Source: Candidatus Gottesmanbacteria bacterium RIFCSPHIGHO2_01_FULL_40_15 (GTDB lineage: Bacteria > Patescibacteriota > Microgenomatia > 2-02-FULL-39-11). From it: a DNA stretch of 64,000 nt. Where the stretch lies: the NCBI GenBank assembly GCA_001779115.1, contig MFJF01000005.1:142888-206887 (forward strand), read 5' to 3'. Below the pieces are notes generated by a model that worked only from the letters and a program-made list of their open reading frames with translations, did no database searches and was not told where the DNA came from. Shown piece by piece: positions 20,299-30,699 of this stretch; position 1 is the stretch's first letter, and each line of letters opens with the position of its first letter. Both the position numbers and the translations under genes were made by a program.

Positions 20299-21567
20299 TT
20301 ATACCGGTTGAAGAAGATAAATTTCCCGGCCAATAAACTGTCCGGGACTTGTATACAAAACAGACTGTCTTTTAGTCAACCAGCTTTTAATTTTTCCGAT
20401 TGATGCCTCCGATAGAGGGTTTATTATCCTGAAACCACCGGCAGCGATTATAGACGCATCAATAAAAATATCTTCATCAGCGCTATGATAGACAGGGAAT
20501 ACTATAACCAAACGGCCCTCTTTTTTTAAAAGTTTTCTAAAAACTGAAAAACTGTCATGATACAGGCTGGTAACAATATTTACTGATTTTTTAATCACGG
20601 CATCAGCGGGTCGTTTTAAAAGCGGCGGTCCCAAAAACGGCTCCGTAACCAGAGCATCGAAGACATCCCCTTTCAGTTGTTTGTCCAAAAGTCGGACATC
20701 GGAAGTGCGCAATGTGATTTGAAAAGATTTTTTATCAAGGCTATATGATTTAAATAACCAGTCCAGGTTCTGGCGCGAAGAATTTATAGCATATTCTGAA
20801 ATATCCGATCCGGTAATATTTTTTATACCCGACAGCACGGCTTCCATAAGAATTGTTCCTGAACCGCAAAAAGGATCAAGCAGTCTTTCCTCAGCACCAA
20901 TTCCTGACAGATTTATCAAGGTTCTGGCCAATTTTACCGGTAAAATTCCCGCTTTTTTATCAAGAGCGGGTCTTTTAATATCGCGATAAGCATATGAAGA
21001 ATAATCCTGAACTTTTTCAGTTCTTCCGACATAAATATTATCGCCGGCAGCATGAAGACACATTTCAAAACCCCGGTCCAACAGCCGGTTTTTATATACG
21101 GCAACAGAGGATAATTTTCTTCCTTTAAGTCTTAAATAACCTGATTTGAAACCGTTTATTTTCAAATTTTCCTTGATATTATTGTTAAAATCGGACAAAT
21201 GATTTTCCAGAAGTTTTATTAGCTTATTACTTTTAGCTCCGGCATCATAAATACTGATACCGAAGTGTATTTTTTTTGTTTTTTCCGGGATAAAATATTT
21301 CGTCAAAAAGTCAGATTCAAAACAGGAATATAAAGCCGCCCGGTCTTCATCCAAAGAAAGTTGCGAGATTATTCTGCCCATTTTAACAGTACCTCCCAGA
21401 CGGTCCATAAAATATCCGGTGTCAAAGATTTCAGGAAGATTAATTATGACGGCCTCCGGCCCTATTTCCTCAATTAAGAATTCAATTTTTTCCTTTTTAA
21501 GTTGTGATAATATTTCCGCAAGAGACAAAGAATAATATCTTCCGAGAATAAAGAAGTATCTGTTCAT
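20299..21567 (-). CDS. SAM-dependent RNA methyltransferase, Trm11/UPF0020-like
   Basis: LPVKLARTLIN, LLDPFCGSGT, VTEPFLGP. Confidence 0.8.
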   Translation of the reverse strand: MNRYFFILGRYYSLSLAEILSQLKKEKIEFLIEEIGPEAVIINLPEIFDTGYFMDRLGGTVKMGRIISQLSLDEDRAALYSCFESDFLTKYFIPEKTKKIHFGISIYDAGAKSNKLIKLLENHLSDFNNNIKENLKINGFKSGYLRLKGRKLSSVAVYKNRLLDRGFEMCLHAAGDNIYVGRTEKVQDYSSYAYRDIKRPALDKKAGILPVKLARTLINLSGIGAEERLLDPFCGSGTILMEAVLSGIKNITGSDISEYAINSSRQNLDWLFKSYSLDKKSFQITLRTSDVRLLDKQLKGDVFDALVTEPFLGPPLLKRPADAVIKKSVNIVTSLYHDSFSVFRKLLKKEGRLVIVFPVYHSADEDIFIDASIIAAGGFRIINPLSEASIGKIKSWLTKRQSVLYTSPGQFIGREIYLLQPV

Positions 21568-21576
21568 TAAAATCCG

Positions 21577-22194
21577 TTATTCTATGACTTCCTCTTCAAG
21601 AAAAATCTCACCGGAGGTATCCACCGGAATACCGGAATTGCCGGTATTGATCTTTTTTGGCTCACTACTTCCGATAAATTTGTAGGATGAAACGATTGAA
21701 TCAAATATCTTTTGCCAATACCCCTTTCCAAAAGTGTCTACTTCAATCTGATAAAGATATCCGTTTCTTATCGCTTCCAACGTAAATTTGTTTTTGTCCG
21801 TATTATTTATAACTTTTACAGCGGGAAAAGTATCCAGCCGGCTGCCGACATAGTTTTCCAGTGATTCTCCGTCAATAAGATCGTCGAGATTTTCATAAGA
21901 GGTGTCTTTTGTCCAGAGAATGACGGAACCGGGATTATCTTTATCGGTCAACTCAAGATGGGCATAATTTTCGTTATCTTCAGAATGAGGGTTAAGATTC
22001 AGGTTTTTAGGGTATTGAAAGAGGAATTCAGATTGATCTTCCCAGGTTAAAAGTTCTACCGAAACAGGAGTTGAAGTTGGCAACACAGCCTCAGCCGTAT
22101 TCTGTCCGGTTTTTAGAAACCTTCCGAAATAAAAACCTGATACTGTAATAAAAAAGGCAAAAAGTGAGGCGAAAATTATGATTTTTTTATCCAC
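21577..22194 (-). CDS. Membrane-anchored hypothetical protein (PsbP-like fold possible)
   Basis: N-terminal TM, FLFQYPK, C-terminal IVSSYKF; GTG start. Confidence 0.6.
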   Translation of the reverse strand: MDKKIIIFASLFAFFITVSGFYFGRFLKTGQNTAEAVLPTSTPVSVELLTWEDQSEFLFQYPKNLNLNPHSEDNENYAHLELTDKDNPGSVILWTKDTSYENLDDLIDGESLENYVGSRLDTFPAVKVINNTDKNKFTLEAIRNGYLYQIEVDTFGKGYWQKIFDSIVSSYKFIGSSEPKKINTGNSGIPVDTSGEIFLEEEVIE

Positions 22195-22296
22195 CGGCTA
22201 AAAGTATACTAAAAAAATAAACTATTATCAGCACAACCGGCAGATTGGAGATTGCATTAATACCGGATTTAGGGATAAAATCTTAAAAGAAAAAAA

Positions 22297-22734
22297 ATGA
22301 GATTTTTTCAGACTGTTTTAATTGCAGCTGTTTTATTTTTTTTACCTCTAAATAACCGGACTGTGTTTGGCGCCAAAAAATTCATACCAAAAAAAGGCAA
22401 TGCCAAGTCGGTTAATACGGCTTCGATAATACCTGTCAGAGTAAAATACAGAGCTGATAAGAGAGCAATTATATTTAATTTTACCGGATTTTCTAACATT
22501 ACTAGCGCTTCCTATCTTTTCAGTTACTTAAGTAACGGAATAACACAGGGAGCTGCCGGTACCATTTCTTCAGAGAATGATCCTTCGAGTCCCAGAGAAC
22601 TACTATTTGGAACATGTTCCACTTCAGTCTGTACTTTCCACACCGGACTGTCCAAGGCCGGCTTAAATATAACGGTTACAATGTCAAACGGCAAAAAAAT
22701 CAGTAAAAACTACCGGATAAAAACTTACTTTTGA
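22297..22734 (+). CDS. Secreted hypothetical protein
   Basis: Signal-peptide-like N-terminus; ELLFGTCSTSVC motif. Confidence 0.65.
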   Translation: MRFFQTVLIAAVLFFLPLNNRTVFGAKKFIPKKGNAKSVNTASIIPVRVKYRADKRAIIFNFTGFSNITSASYLFSYLSNGITQGAAGTISSENDPSSPRELLFGTCSTSVCTFHTGLSKAGLNITVTMSNGKKISKNYRIKTYF

Positions 22735-22831
22735 CAAACCTTCCTGAGTTTTATTCCCTTTAACGGCTAATGATACTTGTGTATGATAAAACTAAGTACC
22801 CGACAGTTGCCGGGACTAAATTTATTGATTT

Positions 22832-24514
22832 ATGGCAATAAGCGATTATCAGCTTCAAAATCTTCTTATTGAATCAGGTCTTATCAAAGAACAGGAAATA
22901 AAAGATATTGCGGTGCTTTCCAAGAATTCCGGTATCGCTTTTTCCGAAACGTTAATAGAAAAAAATATCCTTTCGGATGAAATTCTTGGACAAATGGTTG
23001 CCAGAAAATTGGGGTATCCGTTTGTGATTTTATCCAAAACCGCTATTCCTGATGAAATGTTTCATGTAACTCCGGAAAAAATAGCCAGGAAACATAAAAT
23101 TATATCCTTTGGGAGGGACGAAAAAGGCATTAAGTTGGCGATGTCCGATCCTGCTAATAAAACTATTATTGAAATGATTGCCAAAAAAACCGGCAGTGCC
23201 ATCGTTCCCTATTACGCTACGGATAAAGACATAAACAATGCCCTGAAAATGTTCAGGAAAGAGCTTCAACTTGCCTGCGATAATTTATTAAAGGAAACTA
23301 TCAGTAAATCCAATACTTTTATTCCGGATGAAGCGCCGATAACAAAAATTGTCGATCTTATTATCGATTATGCTTATGACGATAAATCTTCGGATATTCA
23401 TATTGAACCTGAGGAAAAAAATTGCCTGATCCGATTCAGGATTGACGGGTTATTGCATGACGAACTGAAACTGCCGAAAATCCTTCATGACCGGATTATT
23501 GCCAGAATAAAAGTTCTATCAAGACTGCGGACCGATGAGCATTTATCAGCCCAGGACGGAAAAATGAGAATGCAAAGGGAATATGAGAATTTGGATATCA
23601 GAGTGTCAATTATTCCGGTGGCTGACGGTGAAAAGGCTGTTTTAAGACTCCTTTCTTCCAAACACGGACAATTTTCACTTTCTAATTTGGGAATAAATGA
23701 CAGTGACTTAATTAAAATTAACAAAGCCGTAAGCAAATCTTACGGGATGATTTTATCAACAGGACCCACAGGATCAGGTAAAACAACAATCATTTATACC
23801 ATATTAAAACAGATTAATATCCGGGAAAGAAATATTACGACAATTGAGGATCCTGTAGAATACCGGATAATGGGAGCCAATCAAATTCAGGTTAATACAA
23901 AAACAAATCTGACATTTGCCAACGGTTTAAGATCAATTTTAAGACAGGACCCCAATGTAATATTTGTCGGTGAAATCAGGGATAATGAAACCGCTGCCAT
24001 AGCTGTTAACGCGGCACTGACAGGCCATTTGGTTTTATCAACACTTCATACAAATGACGCTTCAACTGCCATTCCGCGACTGATTGATATGAAAGTGGAA
24101 CCTTTTCTGGTTGCTTCAACGGTAAATCTTATTATTGCCCAAAGACTGGTCAGAAAAATCTGCGAAATGTGCAAAACAGCCTACACCATATCGTTATCAG
24201 AACTTAGCCAGCATATTCCCCTGGAATTAATTAAAAAAGCTGTCGGAGAAGAACTGGAATTTACCTTTTTTAAAGGCAAAGGCTGCAAATTATGCCGCAA
24301 TACCGGTTATCAAGGGAGAATTGGAGTTTTTGAAGTTTTGGAAGTAACGAAAGAAATGAAAAAACTGATAGCTACCAAGTGCGATGCCGAGACAATCACC
24401 AACACGGCTGTAAAAGAAGGCATGAAAACAATGACAGAAGACGGACTTAACAAAGCCGTAAAAGGGATTACCACCATTGAAGAAGTAATCAGAGTTACCA
24501 AAGTAGAATCTTAA
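22832..24514 (+). CDS. pilB: Type IV pilus assembly ATPase PilB/GspE
   Basis: SDIHIEP, GPTGSGKT, TIEDPVE, LRQDP, GHLVLSTLHTN, tetra-Cys motif. Confidence 0.95.
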   Translation: MAISDYQLQNLLIESGLIKEQEIKDIAVLSKNSGIAFSETLIEKNILSDEILGQMVARKLGYPFVILSKTAIPDEMFHVTPEKIARKHKIISFGRDEKGIKLAMSDPANKTIIEMIAKKTGSAIVPYYATDKDINNALKMFRKELQLACDNLLKETISKSNTFIPDEAPITKIVDLIIDYAYDDKSSDIHIEPEEKNCLIRFRIDGLLHDELKLPKILHDRIIARIKVLSRLRTDEHLSAQDGKMRMQREYENLDIRVSIIPVADGEKAVLRLLSSKHGQFSLSNLGINDSDLIKINKAVSKSYGMILSTGPTGSGKTTIIYTILKQINIRERNITTIEDPVEYRIMGANQIQVNTKTNLTFANGLRSILRQDPNVIFVGEIRDNETAAIAVNAALTGHLVLSTLHTNDASTAIPRLIDMKVEPFLVASTVNLIIAQRLVRKICEMCKTAYTISLSELSQHIPLELIKKAVGEELEFTFFKGKGCKLCRNTGYQGRIGVFEVLEVTKEMKKLIATKCDAETITNTAVKEGMKTMTEDGLNKAVKGITTIEEVIRVTKVES

Positions 24515-24515
24515 T

Positions 24516-25571
24516 ATGAATATTGCTCCGATATCTTTATCCAGCAGTGAAAAAATCAGTTTCTTAAGCAATCTTTCAACAATGCTGGCTGCAGGCATAT
24601 CCATTTTGGAAGCGGTTGACGCATTGCTTGAAGATGCCAAAGGGAAAAATAAAAAATTTTTGGAAATTTTAAGGGAGGATATTGTTCAGGGCAATCACCT
24701 TTATTATTCTTTTTCCAAATTCCCGTTAGTTTTTGACAAAATTACCGTTAACCTGATTAAAGCATCTGAGGAAGCAGGAACGCTGGAGATAACACTTAAA
24801 GATATAAAGATAAATATACTAAAAGAAATGGAATTTACCGATAAAGTCAAGCAGGCTTTGATTTATCCGGTTCTTATAGGGTTTGTTTTTTTGGGGGTAC
24901 TTCTTTTAATGCTTTTAGTTGTCATTCCAAAAATTTCCTCGGTATTTTCCAGGCTGAATGTGGATTTGCCTCTGCCGACGAAAATACTGATTTATTCATC
25001 GGAACTTTTAACCAGGAATTCCCTTTTAATCGCAGTTTCATCCGTATTATTTTTTCTAATAATGTCTTTTATTTATAAAAGAAACCGGTCGTTTTTTATC
25101 ACACCCTTGTATTCCCTGCCTTTAATATCAAATCTCATCAAAGATATTGATTTAACCAGATTTACCAGAAGCATGGCCCTTCTTCTTCATGCTGGAGTAC
25201 CGATAGTCAATTGTCTGGAGTTAACCAAAAATGTGGTTATTAATAAAGAAACAGCCAAAGTAATAGCCAGATCAACTGAAATGGTTGTAGCCGGAAAAAA
25301 ATTATCCGAAGGATTCAAATCTGCCAAAAGCGTGTTTCCGACAATCATGATCAAGCTTTTGGAAGTCGGAGAGAAAAGCGGAGCTTTGGAAAAATCGATG
25401 CAGGACATCTCCGAATATCTGGAATACCAGGTATCCAATACTTTAAGAACTTTTACCGCTCTTTTGGAACCGATCATGCTTATTATAGTGGGTGTTCTGG
25501 TGGGCGGAATGATGCTGGCCATAATTGCCCCCATTTACGGACTGATCGGCCAGGTAGGAGCCGGCGGATGA
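24516..25571 (+). CDS. pilC: Type IV pilus platform protein PilC/GspF
   Basis: Two T2SSF domains, ALIYP, GEKSG, LEP. Confidence 0.93.
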   Translation: MNIAPISLSSSEKISFLSNLSTMLAAGISILEAVDALLEDAKGKNKKFLEILREDIVQGNHLYYSFSKFPLVFDKITVNLIKASEEAGTLEITLKDIKINILKEMEFTDKVKQALIYPVLIGFVFLGVLLLMLLVVIPKISSVFSRLNVDLPLPTKILIYSSELLTRNSLLIAVSSVLFFLIMSFIYKRNRSFFITPLYSLPLISNLIKDIDLTRFTRSMALLLHAGVPIVNCLELTKNVVINKETAKVIARSTEMVVAGKKLSEGFKSAKSVFPTIMIKLLEVGEKSGALEKSMQDISEYLEYQVSNTLRTFTALLEPIMLIIVGVLVGGMMLAIIAPIYGLIGQVGAGG

Positions 25572-26059
25572 AAAAAAACAATACAAAATTAAGCGGATTT
25601 ACCCTGATAGAACTTATTGTTTCAATGGCAATAATAGCGATATTTACGGGTATTATTACGATTAGCCTTATAAATATTGAACCGAGGTCATCCCTGACAA
25701 CTACCGCGGCAACCTTGATTTCAGATATTAAACTGCAACAACTTAAAGCCATGACCGGAGGAATAAAAAATAATGCCGCTTCGGAATTCGGAGTTTTTTT
25801 TGAAAATGACAAATATATACTTTTTTCGGGAATTAATTACACACCCGCGGATCCATCCAACACCATAGTTACATATGATGAAAATATCCGCTTGACTTCA
25901 ATAAATTTTCCCGGATCACAAATTGTATTTAACCGCATCAAGGGTGAAATCAGCGGATTTATTCCGGAGTCAGACAGTCTGACCTTAAAAAATCTTGTTT
26001 CCAATGATGAACAGACACTGACATTTAATAAACTGGGTGCTGTTATTTCCTTAAATTGA
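25568..26059 (+). CDS. Minor pilin
   Basis: Class III signal G-FTLIEL. Confidence 0.9.
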   Translation: MKKNNTKLSGFTLIELIVSMAIIAIFTGIITISLINIEPRSSLTTTAATLISDIKLQQLKAMTGGIKNNAASEFGVFFENDKYILFSGINYTPADPSNTIVTYDENIRLTSINFPGSQIVFNRIKGEISGFIPESDSLTLKNLVSNDEQTLTFNKLGAVISLN

Positions 26060-26086
26060 AATAAATTATAAACATTGCTACTGCCC

Positions 26087-28042
26087 ATGAAAAACCGTCA
26101 AAAGAAAAATATTCCGTTCTCCCAGGGGCAGTCAATTATCGAGCTTTTGATTGCCATTGCCATATCTTCCATTCTTCTACCGGGTCTGATACAGGGACTG
26201 ACATCATCAAGAGAGGGAAAAGCGCAGCAAAAACAAAGAAACGAAGCATATCAACTTTTAATCGAAGCAGAAGAAGCGGTAAAACAGGTCAGGGAAAGGA
26301 ATTGGAACGAAATATCGGTTAACGGTACTTTCCATCCCCTAATAAGCGGGACTTACTACATTCTTCAACCGGGAAGTGAATCCCTCAGCGGATTTACGCG
26401 GCAAATATCCATTGAAGATGCTTACAGGGATGCTAACGGAGTTCTTTCCGGCACAGGCGAAGCGGATCCTTCAACAAGAAAAATTACAACAACCGTCTCT
26501 TGGTCGCAGCCGAATCCTTCCGATGTGGAATCGATAATTTACCTGACCAGATATATTAATAATTCAGCGTATACGGAAACGACTATTGATGATTTTGACC
26601 GGGGAACACAAAACGGTGTTGCCGTTATTGATGATTTCGGAGGAGAAGTAGTTCTGGGAACCGGGGGAACCGGCAGCTGGTGGTGCAATCCGAATTTATC
26701 GATTTCCGCTGTAGATCTGCCTAGACAGGGTGTGGCGAACGCCGTTTCGGCCATTGAAGGACAGGTGGTTGCCGGAACCGGCGAGAATGCTTCAGGAGTA
26801 TCATTCGCCAATACCCTTATTTCCAACCCTCCGGCTCCGACTCCGCCGGGTGGAACTATTGAAGGGACTTTTGACGGTTATAAAACCAACGGAGTTTTCG
26901 GAGAAGATGATTTTGCTTACCTGGCAACGGACACTAACGCAAAAGAAATAGTTATTATCGATCTGACGCAGGTTGACATAAACGGAAAATTTACCGAGGC
27001 AGGCTATTTTAACGCTCCCGGTAATGCTGACGCCCAAAGTGTATTTGTATCCGGTAATATCGGCTTTGCCCTTATATTCAATATCCTTTATACATTTGAT
27101 TTGTCGGAAAAAGCCGGAGCCAGACCGCTTCTTTCACAGATAACTTTAGCAGGAACGGGAAACAGAATATTCGTCAGAGGAAATTACGCCTATATTGCCG
27201 TTGAATCTTTATCTAAACAACTCCAAATAATTGAAGTAAGCCCCGACGGAACAGTTTTGACCGAAACGGGATTTGCCCAATTGGACGCGTCCTACGGCCG
27301 GGATGTTTTTGTCAATCAGGCAGGCAACCGGATATATATGGCGACAGCAGTTTCATCAACTCAAAGAGAAATGTTTACAATTGATACGACAATCAAAAAC
27401 GGCCAAAGACCGGTTGTGGCGACCTATGAAACGAACGGAATGAATCCTAAAGGAATTACCGTTGTTACCGGAAATAAAGCAATTATTGTCGGAACAGGAG
27501 GAGAGGAATACCAGGTTATTAACATAATCAGAGAAAGAATCGATCCTCCGATGCCCAAATGCGGCGGATTAAACATTGATACCGGGATAAACGGATTATC
27601 TTCAGTTCTGGAAGCGGACGGAGATGTATATTCCTACATTATTACCGGCGATGCCAATGCCGAACTTAAGATTATCGCCGGAGGTCCCGGCGGACAATAT
27701 ACAACAACAGGCATTTATGAATCGGCTCCGTTTGATGCGGGAACAGCCGCTGCATTTAACAGGCTGGAATTCACAACCGATATTCCTATTAATACGACAT
27801 TGAATTTACAGGTGGCTGTAACTGAGGCTGTAAACGACAATTGTAACGATGCTTTATATACTTATGTCGGACCTGACGGACTGCTTACGGGTTTTTTTAC
27901 CCAAGCCGGTTCAATTCCCATAAACGGGGTAGGGACTTATAAAAACCCGGGCAGATGTTTCCGCTATAAGGCCAATTTTAATTCAGATGATATTTTTTAC
28001 AGTCCTGTTCTATATGATGTAACGGTAAATTATTCACCATGA
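26087..28042 (+). CDS. Large pilin-like protein with C-terminal beta-propeller (LVIVD-like repeats), possible tip adhesin
   Basis: G-QSIIEL prepilin motif; repeats such as FAYLAT..EIVIID and VRGNYAYIA..LQIIE. Confidence 0.75.
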   Translation: MKNRQKKNIPFSQGQSIIELLIAIAISSILLPGLIQGLTSSREGKAQQKQRNEAYQLLIEAEEAVKQVRERNWNEISVNGTFHPLISGTYYILQPGSESLSGFTRQISIEDAYRDANGVLSGTGEADPSTRKITTTVSWSQPNPSDVESIIYLTRYINNSAYTETTIDDFDRGTQNGVAVIDDFGGEVVLGTGGTGSWWCNPNLSISAVDLPRQGVANAVSAIEGQVVAGTGENASGVSFANTLISNPPAPTPPGGTIEGTFDGYKTNGVFGEDDFAYLATDTNAKEIVIIDLTQVDINGKFTEAGYFNAPGNADAQSVFVSGNIGFALIFNILYTFDLSEKAGARPLLSQITLAGTGNRIFVRGNYAYIAVESLSKQLQIIEVSPDGTVLTETGFAQLDASYGRDVFVNQAGNRIYMATAVSSTQREMFTIDTTIKNGQRPVVATYETNGMNPKGITVVTGNKAIIVGTGGEEYQVINIIRERIDPPMPKCGGLNIDTGINGLSSVLEADGDVYSYIITGDANAELKIIAGGPGGQYTTTGIYESAPFDAGTAAAFNRLEFTTDIPINTTLNLQVAVTEAVNDNCNDALYTYVGPDGLLTGFFTQAGSIPINGVGTYKNPGRCFRYKANFNSDDIFYSPVLYDVTVNYSP

Positions 28043-28539
28043 GAAAAAATACACACTTTTCAGGTAAAGGCACGGCGATTATCGAAATGGTAATCTATAC
28101 TTTTCTTTTATTTACTCTGTTAATTGTCATAACCGATGTTTTCGCAACTCTTTTTGACACCCAGAAAGAATCTGTTTCCTATTCGGAATCCCAAACAGAC
28201 GCCAGATTTATCAGTCAAAAGTTAATAAATACACTATCAACGGCTGGAAACGTATTGATTCCGGTCAATCCCGGAGACAACAGCAATATATTAACAATTC
28301 AAAGCGGAACTGATACTTATACTTTTTTTTTATCGGGCGGTAATTTAATTTCAGATGACGGAGTAACACAAGAAAGATTAAACAGTTTTTCCACCAATAT
28401 TTCAAATTTCAATATTATAAGACTGCAAAATCCGGGAGATAAACCGCTTTTAAGGATAACTGCTGATGTTACAAGTACAATCCAAAGAGCTGCCGGACCG
28501 GAAACGGAGAAAATTAATTTAACAGCGGGAATCAGATGA
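28039..28539 (+). CDS. Minor pilin (PilW-like)
   Basis: KG-TAIIEM plus hydrophobic helix; ATGA overlap. Confidence 0.75.
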   Translation: MRKNTHFSGKGTAIIEMVIYTFLLFTLLIVITDVFATLFDTQKESVSYSESQTDARFISQKLINTLSTAGNVLIPVNPGDNSNILTIQSGTDTYTFFLSGGNLISDDGVTQERLNSFSTNISNFNIIRLQNPGDKPLLRITADVTSTIQRAAGPETEKINLTAGIR

Positions 28540-28919
28540 GAAAAATTAATAAATACAGTAAGGGTCACGCTTTAATTGTCCTTATATTTTTTATGGTTCT
28601 TGCCGTTACGGTAATTGCAGCCTCTGTTGCGTTAATGATTATTGCCGGATCTTCAACAACTTATGCCGTTACTTCCGGAAGAGCAAAATCATTAGCAGAA
28701 ACAGGAGCGGAAAATGCCCTGCTAAGACTTCTGAGGAATCCCGGTTATACCGGGGAAACAATAACCATCGGAGACGGAGAAATTACCGTAACAGTAACCG
28801 GATCCTCCGAAAAAACCATTATCAGTTCAGCAAAATTGTCCAACCAGATAAAAACAATAGAAGCATTAACAGCTATCAATAATAATGTTTTGTCTGTTTT
28901 ATCATGGAGAGAATTATGA
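28536..28919 (+). CDS. Minor pilin (PilX-like)
   Basis: KG-HALIV lacking E5, AETGAENAL, C-terminal SWREL. Confidence 0.75.
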   Translation: MRKINKYSKGHALIVLIFFMVLAVTVIAASVALMIIAGSSTTYAVTSGRAKSLAETGAENALLRLLRNPGYTGETITIGDGEITVTVTGSSEKTIISSAKLSNQIKTIEALTAINNNVLSVLSWREL

Positions 28920-29602
28920 TGGGCAATGAAAGTAACAAGAATTTCGGAATTATATTAATCGACCGGTCCAGGATGGAATATTTTGACATGAATGTTAAAA
29001 AACAAATGGTTTTTAATTTTTCTCCCAATTTAGTCCGTGATCTTGAAGTGATTAACCGGATTGATTTGGAAAAACAAATTATTCTTTTTATTAATTTCTA
29101 CAAACTGAATCCGCAGTCACTTGTTATCGTTTTGTCCGAAGAGGTAATTTTTGAAATCTTAGTCGATGAAGTCAGTGACAGCCAATTTGAGCTGACATTA
29201 AATAACTTTCTATACCATCTGCCGTTTGAGGAAACTATTCATAAAATCTACAGGCAGCCAAAGGGCTACCGGATTGTTGCCGTCAACAAAGATCTGATTG
29301 AAACAATAAGGCATATGTTTATTAAAATGGGATTTTATGTTGAAGCAATTGTCCCGACTTCAATAATCGGAATTAACGTAAAAACCCTTGATTTGGCCGC
29401 GGCAAACTTTATATCGGCAAAATTGAATATGATTAAGGATCAGACTCTTGTTACTTCACAGATACAGAGTAAACCTAAAAATCCTGAAGAGAAACAGGTA
29501 TTCGGAATAAAAAGAGTTTTTATTCTTTTAACGTTTTTTTCACTGCTTTTAATTCTTCTTCTTTTCATGCTCTACAGGCAAACAACACCATTTAGATTAT
29601 GA
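28916..29602 (+). CDS. Hypothetical protein, possible PilM/GspL-like alignment subunit
   Basis: Cytoplasmic domain with HLPF and a C-terminal TM, in the pilus operon. Confidence 0.5.
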   Translation: MMGNESNKNFGIILIDRSRMEYFDMNVKKQMVFNFSPNLVRDLEVINRIDLEKQIILFINFYKLNPQSLVIVLSEEVIFEILVDEVSDSQFELTLNNFLYHLPFEETIHKIYRQPKGYRIVAVNKDLIETIRHMFIKMGFYVEAIVPTSIIGINVKTLDLAAANFISAKLNMIKDQTLVTSQIQSKPKNPEEKQVFGIKRVFILLTFFSLLLILLLFMLYRQTTPFRL

Positions 29603-29608
29603 AAAAAT

Positions 29609-30091
29609 ATGACTAAAATTTGGAAACGTGTCAGATTGAATAAAATACTTTTGGTCTTAGAAGTCCTTATTTTAGTAATATTTGGGGGATTTCTTTTCAA
29701 GCGTAATATACAAAAATCTACTCTACAATGGGTATTAATACCGGGAGTGGATCGTCCTCTTGATTTATTCTGTAATGGTCAGCAATTATATCCTCCTAAT
29801 TCATGGGATTGGCCTTTTCCAGCTTTCTCACCTGATAGACGTTTCTATGTAAATGTTTCTAACGGCAATAAAACTAAATCAAAATGGATAAAGATGTTTA
29901 AAGCAAATACAAAAAAAGAGATTGGCAGGTATTATAGCGAGTATTCAAGTTTAATAGTTTTGTGTTGGGCCAAAGACAATAGCGGTATATATTTATTGGA
30001 TTATGATCCTGGATTCAGAGCAATGATAGATATAGGTTTACCCTCAAAATACGGTGAGGTTAAAAAACTTCTTGTGCCCTCATCAACCTAA
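29609..30091 (+). CDS. Membrane-anchored hypothetical protein
   Basis: 160-aa ORF with N-terminal TM and AFSPD/WAKD propeller-like motifs. Confidence 0.6.
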   Translation: MTKIWKRVRLNKILLVLEVLILVIFGGFLFKRNIQKSTLQWVLIPGVDRPLDLFCNGQQLYPPNSWDWPFPAFSPDRRFYVNVSNGNKTKSKWIKMFKANTKKEIGRYYSEYSSLIVLCWAKDNSGIYLLDYDPGFRAMIDIGLPSKYGEVKKLLVPSST

Positions 30092-30187
30092 GTAATAAAT
30101 GATTTTTCCATGGAGCGGGTTTTGTAAACTTTTACTTGACAATGAATACTTCTTAATAGTAGCGTGAATTTAGGAGGTGATTATTTA

Positions 30188-30631
30188 ATGAAAACTGCCC
30201 AAAAGGGTTTTACCCTTATAGAACTTTTGGTTGTCATCGGTATTTTGGCAACCCTGTTGGCGATTACTCTTATCGCCATTAACCCGGCCAGACAATTTTC
30301 CCAGGCCAACAATACTCAAAGAAACAGCAATGTCTCAACAATACTTAATGCGGTCCATCAATATGCTGCAGATAACCGAGGCGCGCTACCGGCCGGAATA
30401 ACAACAACGGTGCAAACTATAGCTGATACAGGAGCCGATATCTGTGCTGATGTTATCACCAGATATATCGCCGCTTTACCGGTTGATCCTTCTTTAGGAG
30501 GAGCAAGCGTGACTATCTGTACGGCCGCGTATAACACCGGTTATACGGTTGTCAGAAGCGTAACAGACGGAAGGATAACAGTGGCCGCCCCAATGGCTGA
30601 GCTGGGTTCATCCATTTCAGTAACCCGCTGA
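30188..30631 (+). CDS. Probable major type IV pilin
   Basis: KG-FTLIELLVVI; strong RBS AGGAGGTGA; own terminator; Cys pair. Confidence 0.9.
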   Translation: MKTAQKGFTLIELLVVIGILATLLAITLIAINPARQFSQANNTQRNSNVSTILNAVHQYAADNRGALPAGITTTVQTIADTGADICADVITRYIAALPVDPSLGGASVTICTAAYNTGYTVVRSVTDGRITVAAPMAELGSSISVTR

Positions 30632-30645
30632 AACAACGGAGATCG

Positions 30646-30690
30646 AAAAGAAAGGTTTGAAGAGGAAGCGATTCCTTTACCTTTCTTTTT
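30646..30690 (+). terminator. Terminator hairpin after pilin
   Basis: AAAAGAAAGGT...ACCTTTCTTTT stem with inner AGGAA/TTCCT. Confidence 0.7.
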
Positions 30691-30699
30691 GGTGTTTTT

